Shown here one piece after another: positions 59,608 to 64,000 of a DNA stretch of 64,000 bases (position 1 is its first letter; the number at the start of each line of letters is the position of its first letter). The notes beneath the pieces were generated by a model. That model was not told the origin of the DNA. It worked only from the letters and a program-made list of their open reading frames with translations, and searched no databases. A program made the position numbers and the translations under genes. Source of the DNA: an uncultured Candidatus Woesearchaeota archaeon (GTDB taxonomy: Archaea; Nanobdellota; Nanobdellia; Woesearchaeales; DSVV01); the NCBI GenBank assembly GCA_963717515.1, contig OY970338.1:1448621-1512620 (forward strand). The letters run 5' to 3'.

Positions 59608-60015
59608 CTAGATTCCTGCAATCAATCCTTTTACCATCAATTCAATCCTGTCCCTGACACCACAGTAGAATTGATAGTCCCTGTATTTGGTATCAGGAAC
59701 ATCCCAAATCTCCACTTTGCCTGAGCCTGTGAGGTATTCGGGCAGGGACTGGGTGTCCATCACAACTACCCTGTCTGCATTGACAACCATTTCAAGGGTC
59801 AGCTGTTTCCTGAAGCTGCCTTCAATATCAATACCCTTCTCTACCATGCATCGTATTGTGTACTCAGGCGGGCTTTCGCGCTTTTTCTCTGTCTCTTCCC
59901 TGACCATAGTGCCTGCGCTTGTCGCATAGTGGCTGCTTCCCGCAAGCATGTTGAAATACGCCTCGGCCATCTGGCTTCTTGCCGCATTTCCACCGCAGAC
60001 AAACAGGACCTTCAT
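59608..60015 (-). CDS. LMW-PTP/ArsC-fold protein
   Basis: VLFVCGGNAARSQMAE P-loop, SAGT, WDVPD. Confidence 0.9.
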   Translation of the reverse strand: MKVLFVCGGNAARSQMAEAYFNMLAGSSHYATSAGTMVREETEKKRESPPEYTIRCMVEKGIDIEGSFRKQLTLEMVVNADRVVVMDTQSLPEYLTGSGKVEIWDVPDTKYRDYQFYCGVRDRIELMVKGLIAGI

Positions 60016-60116
60016 CTGGCTTGTGTTCTGTCTTGAATATAAAAAGGTTCTTATGGACAATCAGGTGTTTTACCGAAAAGAATTTAAATACATATCGCTC
60101 CCTTGGATAAAAAAGG

Positions 60117-60428
60117 GTGATGGGAATAAGGCTGACGTACAATTACAAGATATGGCTGGAATATGACAAGAAGCCGCTCCTCGGAATCGGCAGATACGGG
60201 CTTCTGAAGAACATCAAAAGGACGAGTTCTCTAAAGAAAAGCGCTGAAAAGCTCGGCATATCATACAAGACCGCATACAACTATATCCGGAAGATAGAGA
60301 AGCACCTCGGCAGGAAGATAATCGACTCGCACAAGGGAGGCAAAGATGCAGGAGGCTACACCAAGCTGACGCCTGCAGGCGAGAAGCTGATAAAAAAATA
60401 TGAAGAGGTGGCGGAAAAATTGCATTGA
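60117..60428 (+). CDS. modE: ModE-type winged-helix regulator (DNA-binding domain only)
   Basis: GIGRYGLL..I....SLKKSAEKLGISYKTAY, GGKDAGG.TKLT. Confidence 0.85.
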   Translation: MMGIRLTYNYKIWLEYDKKPLLGIGRYGLLKNIKRTSSLKKSAEKLGISYKTAYNYIRKIEKHLGRKIIDSHKGGKDAGGYTKLTPAGEKLIKKYEEVAEKLH

Positions 60429-61261
60429 TCGACTTGACAGGCAGAAAGATAGACCACCTCAGGATATCGCTGACGAACAGGTGCAACCTCGACTGCTTCT
60501 ACTGCCACAGGGAAGGCAACGGCGATTCAGCAGGTGAGATGGACACTGCAAAGGTGAAGAGGGTCCTTGATGAGGCCAGGGCCTCAGGCATCAGGACAAT
60601 AAAGTTCACAGGAGGCGAGCCGCTCCTGAGAAGCGATCTGTTCGAGATTATTGGCCATTCCAGATCACTGGGGTTCTCGGACATCAGCCTGACGACAAAC
60701 GGTACCCTGCTTGATGAATATTCAGTAAGCCTCAAGGCTGCAGGGCTTGAACGAGTGAACATAGGCTGCGATTCCCTGACAGGCGTCCTGCCGAAGAACC
60801 TGGAAAGGCTCACTAGCGGTATTCTATCTGCAAAAGATGCCGGGCTCGGTGTCAAGCTCAACATGGTGGTGCTAAAGGGCATAAACGAGAATGAGGTGAT
60901 GAGCATGCTCGGATTCTGCATGGGAAGCAGCGTGAACCTCCAGCTCATCGAGCTTGTCGAATGTGATTCCTATGACAAATACTTTTTCTCGCTTGAAGGG
61001 ATAGAGAAGCTGCTGTCGGCAAGGGCGGATGAGATTATGACAAGGGACATGCAGAGGAGAAAAAGGTTCGTCATCGGGGATGTGTTTGTCGAGACAGTGA
61101 GGCCGAGCAGGGAGTTCTGCGAGAAGTGCAACAAGATCAGGATGACAGCTGATGGCAGGATAAGGCAGTGCCTGATGAAGGATACAGGCATCATCGACTT
61201 TACAGGCAGGGATTCGATTGAGATCACAGCAAGGACGAGGGATGGATATGGGTATGATTGA
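60425..61261 (+). CDS. moaA: GTP 3',8-cyclase (radical SAM)
   Basis: LRISLTNRCNLDCFYCH, FTGGEPLLR, FCEKCNKIRMTADG...CL. Confidence 0.95.
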   Translation: MIDLTGRKIDHLRISLTNRCNLDCFYCHREGNGDSAGEMDTAKVKRVLDEARASGIRTIKFTGGEPLLRSDLFEIIGHSRSLGFSDISLTTNGTLLDEYSVSLKAAGLERVNIGCDSLTGVLPKNLERLTSGILSAKDAGLGVKLNMVVLKGINENEVMSMLGFCMGSSVNLQLIELVECDSYDKYFFSLEGIEKLLSARADEIMTRDMQRRKRFVIGDVFVETVRPSREFCEKCNKIRMTADGRIRQCLMKDTGIIDFTGRDSIEITARTRDGYGYD

Positions 61262-61688
61262 CGTGTCAGGAAAAAATATCATGGAGCGGACCGCTGTCGC
61301 CGAGGGCAGGATAAATCTCCGGGAAAAGACTATTGCGGCGATAAGGAAGAAAGAGGTAAGGAAAGGTGATGTGCTCTTTGCATCCGAGCTTGCGGCGATT
61401 TCGGGTGTGAAGAAGACGCCTGATATCCTCCCCTACTGTCACCAGGTGCTTATAGAGGATGTCGACGTGGATTTTAAAGTTGATGATTCAGGTGTCATAT
61501 GCTGGGTCACTGTCAAATCCACAGGCAGGACAGGGGTCGAGATGGATGCACTCATGGGAGTCTCAATCGCACTTAATTCTATCTGGGACATGGTGAAATA
61601 TCTTGAGAAGGATGAAAAAGGCCAGTATCCTCATACCAGCATAACAGACATAAGGATTGTGAAGAAGGTGAAATCAGATGGGAGATGA
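61248..61688 (+). CDS. moaC: Cyclic pyranopterin monophosphate synthase
   Basis: MIDVSGK, KGDV, KKTPDILPYCH, TGVEMDAL, WDMVK. Confidence 0.96.
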   Translation: MGMIDVSGKNIMERTAVAEGRINLREKTIAAIRKKEVRKGDVLFASELAAISGVKKTPDILPYCHQVLIEDVDVDFKVDDSGVICWVTVKSTGRTGVEMDALMGVSIALNSIWDMVKYLEKDEKGQYPHTSITDIRIVKKVKSDGR

Positions 61689-62214
61689 TAAGGAGGGCGG
61701 GCATTCAGATACAGGCAAGAAGCACAAGGAATCGGCACCTGTTCGCCTGGGATTTGCAATCCTCACGATGTCGAATACCAGGACGATGAAGGATGACACC
61801 TCGGGAAAGACAATCAGAGAGCAAGCAGTGGCAGAGGGACATCTAATCACACATCATCATGTAGTGAGGGATGACCTGGATGAAATCCAGATTACACTGA
61901 AAAGCATTCTTGATGATGATAGGACAGATATAATCGTGATGAACGGGGGGACCGGCATATCTCCTGCCGACGTGACCATCGAGGCAGTCAGGCCCATGTT
62001 CGACAAGGAACTCAGCGCGTTTTCAGCGCTGTTCCATGTCCTGAGCTATGAGAAGGTGGGGAGTGTCGCGATGCTATCGAGAGCAGCAGCAGGAATAGTT
62101 AAAGGCAAAGCTGTGTTCTGTGTTCCCGGCAGCCCGAGGGCTGTGGATTTGGCGATGGAGAAGCTGATCCTGCCGGAGGCAGGGCACATAGCAAAACATA
62201 TGGGTGATAAATGA
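61678..62214 (+). CDS. moaB: Molybdopterin adenylyltransferase MoaB/MogA
   Basis: DTSG, NGGTGISPADVTIEA, AMLSRA, PGSP. Confidence 0.93.
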   Translation: MGDDKEGGHSDTGKKHKESAPVRLGFAILTMSNTRTMKDDTSGKTIREQAVAEGHLITHHHVVRDDLDEIQITLKSILDDDRTDIIVMNGGTGISPADVTIEAVRPMFDKELSAFSALFHVLSYEKVGSVAMLSRAAAGIVKGKAVFCVPGSPRAVDLAMEKLILPEAGHIAKHMGDK

Positions 62215-62516
62215 TGGGTGGAAAATGTGAAATGACAGGGCGTGATTTTTATGAACATCTTGTTGAGACCGGGGATTCCTATTATGCGGATATGTTCCTT
62301 GGCAAGATGTTCCCAAAAGACATTACGGCGGAAAGGCTGGAAAAAGTCCTTGAAGAATTAAATCATTATGTCATCATAAGGTCCCATAGGGAGCTGTTGG
62401 ATGAGCATGCAAAATCAATGTATAAGAACGGCAATGCAGCCATCAACCAGGTGCTGGAGAACAGCCCTTTGAAGGGACCATTTGATCTGGATAAAATTAT
62501 GAGTGGATACAATTGA
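62211..62516 (+). CDS. Hypothetical protein within the Moco operon
   Basis: 4-nt overlaps with both neighbours; no motif recognised. Confidence 0.55.
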   Translation: MMGGKCEMTGRDFYEHLVETGDSYYADMFLGKMFPKDITAERLEKVLEELNHYVIIRSHRELLDEHAKSMYKNGNAAINQVLENSPLKGPFDLDKIMSGYN

Positions 62517-63721
62517 CAAAACAGGGTTTCGGCAAGCTTGCATCATTGTCTGAGGCTTTCGGGATAATCGACAGGATAGTCAAGCAAACCGGGGTGCAGA
62601 AAATAAGTATTGATGAAGCAAATGGCAGGGTGCTTGCTGAGGATGAGGTATCACCAATCGATGTACCCAATTTCAGGAAGAGCGCGATGGACGGGTTTGC
62701 GGTCATTGCAGAAGACACTTTCGGCGCATCGAACACGAACCCGAAAAGGCTGAAGATAATCGAATCTGTCACAGCAGGGGTCATGCCGAAAAAAGACATC
62801 AAGTCAGGCGAATGCATTGAGATCACAACCGGGGCGCCATTGCCCAAGAGCGCAACAGCAGTCCTCATGGTCGAGTATACTGAAAAAGAGAAGGATGGGC
62901 TGGTCTATTACAAGACATGCGCACCTTCTGAGAATGTAATCAACATAGGTTCTGATATAAAAAAAGGGGAAGCACTTTTCAAAAAAGGGACTATACTCAA
63001 TCCCAGGTTTCTCGGTGTCATCTCAGCAGCAGGAATAAAAGAGCTGAAGGTGCGTATCCCGCCCAGAGTGTCATATTTCTCCACTGGCAATGAAGTGCTT
63101 GGAGCAGGCGAGCCGCTTCAGGATGGTAAGGTCTATGATATAAACACCAGGACTATCGTCGATACATTGAAAGAGCATGGGCTGGAAGTGAAGTTCCTCG
63201 GCATTGTGATAGATGACCTGAAGCTTATCAAGAGGACAATACTTGAGAATATCGACAAGTCAGACATCATCCTCCTATCCGGCGGTTCGTCTCTCGGTGG
63301 AGAGGATTTCATGGTCGAGGCTGTAAAGGAACTCGGTGTTGTCCATGTCCATGGAATCGCTGCAAAGCCGGGAAAGCCAGTCCTGATCGGCGAGGTCAGG
63401 GGCAGGCTGGTGCTCGGGCTTCCGGGATACCCAACATCTGCATTGTCCAATACGTACAGCCTCGTCCTGCCTGCGGTCTACAGGATGATGGGCTCAGAGC
63501 TCAGGACAAAGAAGGCACGTGCAAGGCTCTCGAGAAAAATCGCGTCGACCATTGGCAGGTATGAATTCCTTCCCGTGAAGCTCGAAAACGGCATGGCAGT
63601 GCCTGTGATGAAAGGCTCTAGTGCGATATCGACGATGTCCCTTGCTGACGGCTACATCACAATCGATGAGAACACCGAGGTCGTGAACAGGGATGACGAG
63701 GTCGAGGTGAATCTCTTTTGA
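62513..63721 (+). CDS. moeA: Molybdopterin molybdenum/tungsten transferase
   Basis: GRVLAED, SAMDGFAV, TGAPLP, STGNE, SGGSSLG, KPGKP, LPGYP. Confidence 0.96.
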   Translation: MTKQGFGKLASLSEAFGIIDRIVKQTGVQKISIDEANGRVLAEDEVSPIDVPNFRKSAMDGFAVIAEDTFGASNTNPKRLKIIESVTAGVMPKKDIKSGECIEITTGAPLPKSATAVLMVEYTEKEKDGLVYYKTCAPSENVINIGSDIKKGEALFKKGTILNPRFLGVISAAGIKELKVRIPPRVSYFSTGNEVLGAGEPLQDGKVYDINTRTIVDTLKEHGLEVKFLGIVIDDLKLIKRTILENIDKSDIILLSGGSSLGGEDFMVEAVKELGVVHVHGIAAKPGKPVLIGEVRGRLVLGLPGYPTSALSNTYSLVLPAVYRMMGSELRTKKARARLSRKIASTIGRYEFLPVKLENGMAVPVMKGSSAISTMSLADGYITIDENTEVVNRDDEVEVNLF

Positions 63722-64000
63722 AAGTAATCTCTGTGAATACCAGCCCTGGAAAAGGAACCCCAAAGAAGCCAGTCAGCGAGGCAAGCCTCATCGAGGGCCT
63801 CGGCATCAAAGGTGATGCGCACGCCGGTCCCGGAGACAGGCAGGTTTCTCTGCTGGCAATCGAGTCCTATCGAAGGTTTGAAGAAAAGGGGCTCGGCAAG
63901 ATCTGCCTCAAGCACGGCTCATTCGGCGAGAACATCATCACTGAAGGCATTGAGCTGCACAAGCTTGAAATAGGCAAGAGAATGCGTATAGGTGATGTTC
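63718..64000 (+). CDS. MOSC-domain protein (truncated by window end; not in ORF track)
   Basis: TTG start after SD GAGGTGA; KGTPKKPV..GIKGDAHAG..RQVSLL..FGENIITEG. Confidence 0.88.
   Translation, partial: MKVISVNTSPGKGTPKKPVSEASLIEGLGIKGDAHAGPGDRQVSLLAIESYRRFEEKGLGKICLKHGSFGENIITEGIELHKLEIGKRMRIGDV

Overview
Chromosomal segment of an archaeon. The fused PriS-PriL primase, split rpoB/rpoA, single-domain KaiC and Cys/Asp-rich surface proteins suggest a DPANN lineage, probably Woesearchaeota-like (inference). Housekeeping content includes KH(Dim2)-top6B-top6A, primase, Hef, pyrG, the rpoH-B''-B'-A'-A''-L30e-nusA-S12-S7 operon, trxB and three intron-containing tRNAs (Lys, Asp, Arg). Most unusual: (1) tRNA-Arg(GCG) with a ~90-nt D-loop insertion, followed by three tandem 114-bp units that each regenerate the tRNA 3' end as one arm of a hairpin, then an AT-rich Bro-N gene and a distal att-like copy; (2) a GCS2 ligase / circularly permuted ATP-grasp / N-formylglutamate amidohydrolase triad; (3) a ~1 kb extremely AT-rich region with ~15 co-oriented ATAAGT repeats next to an unannotated 55-aa AbrB-like gene (origin candidate); (4) an archaellin-like protein apparently split over two genes; (5) a two-unit, potentially bistable intergenic structure; (6) two SD-led micro-ORFs; (7) a Moco/Wco biosynthesis operon running off the right end. 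hisG and a response regulator each carry a single lesion that could be real or an assembly error. All calls were made by eye; no searches were run.
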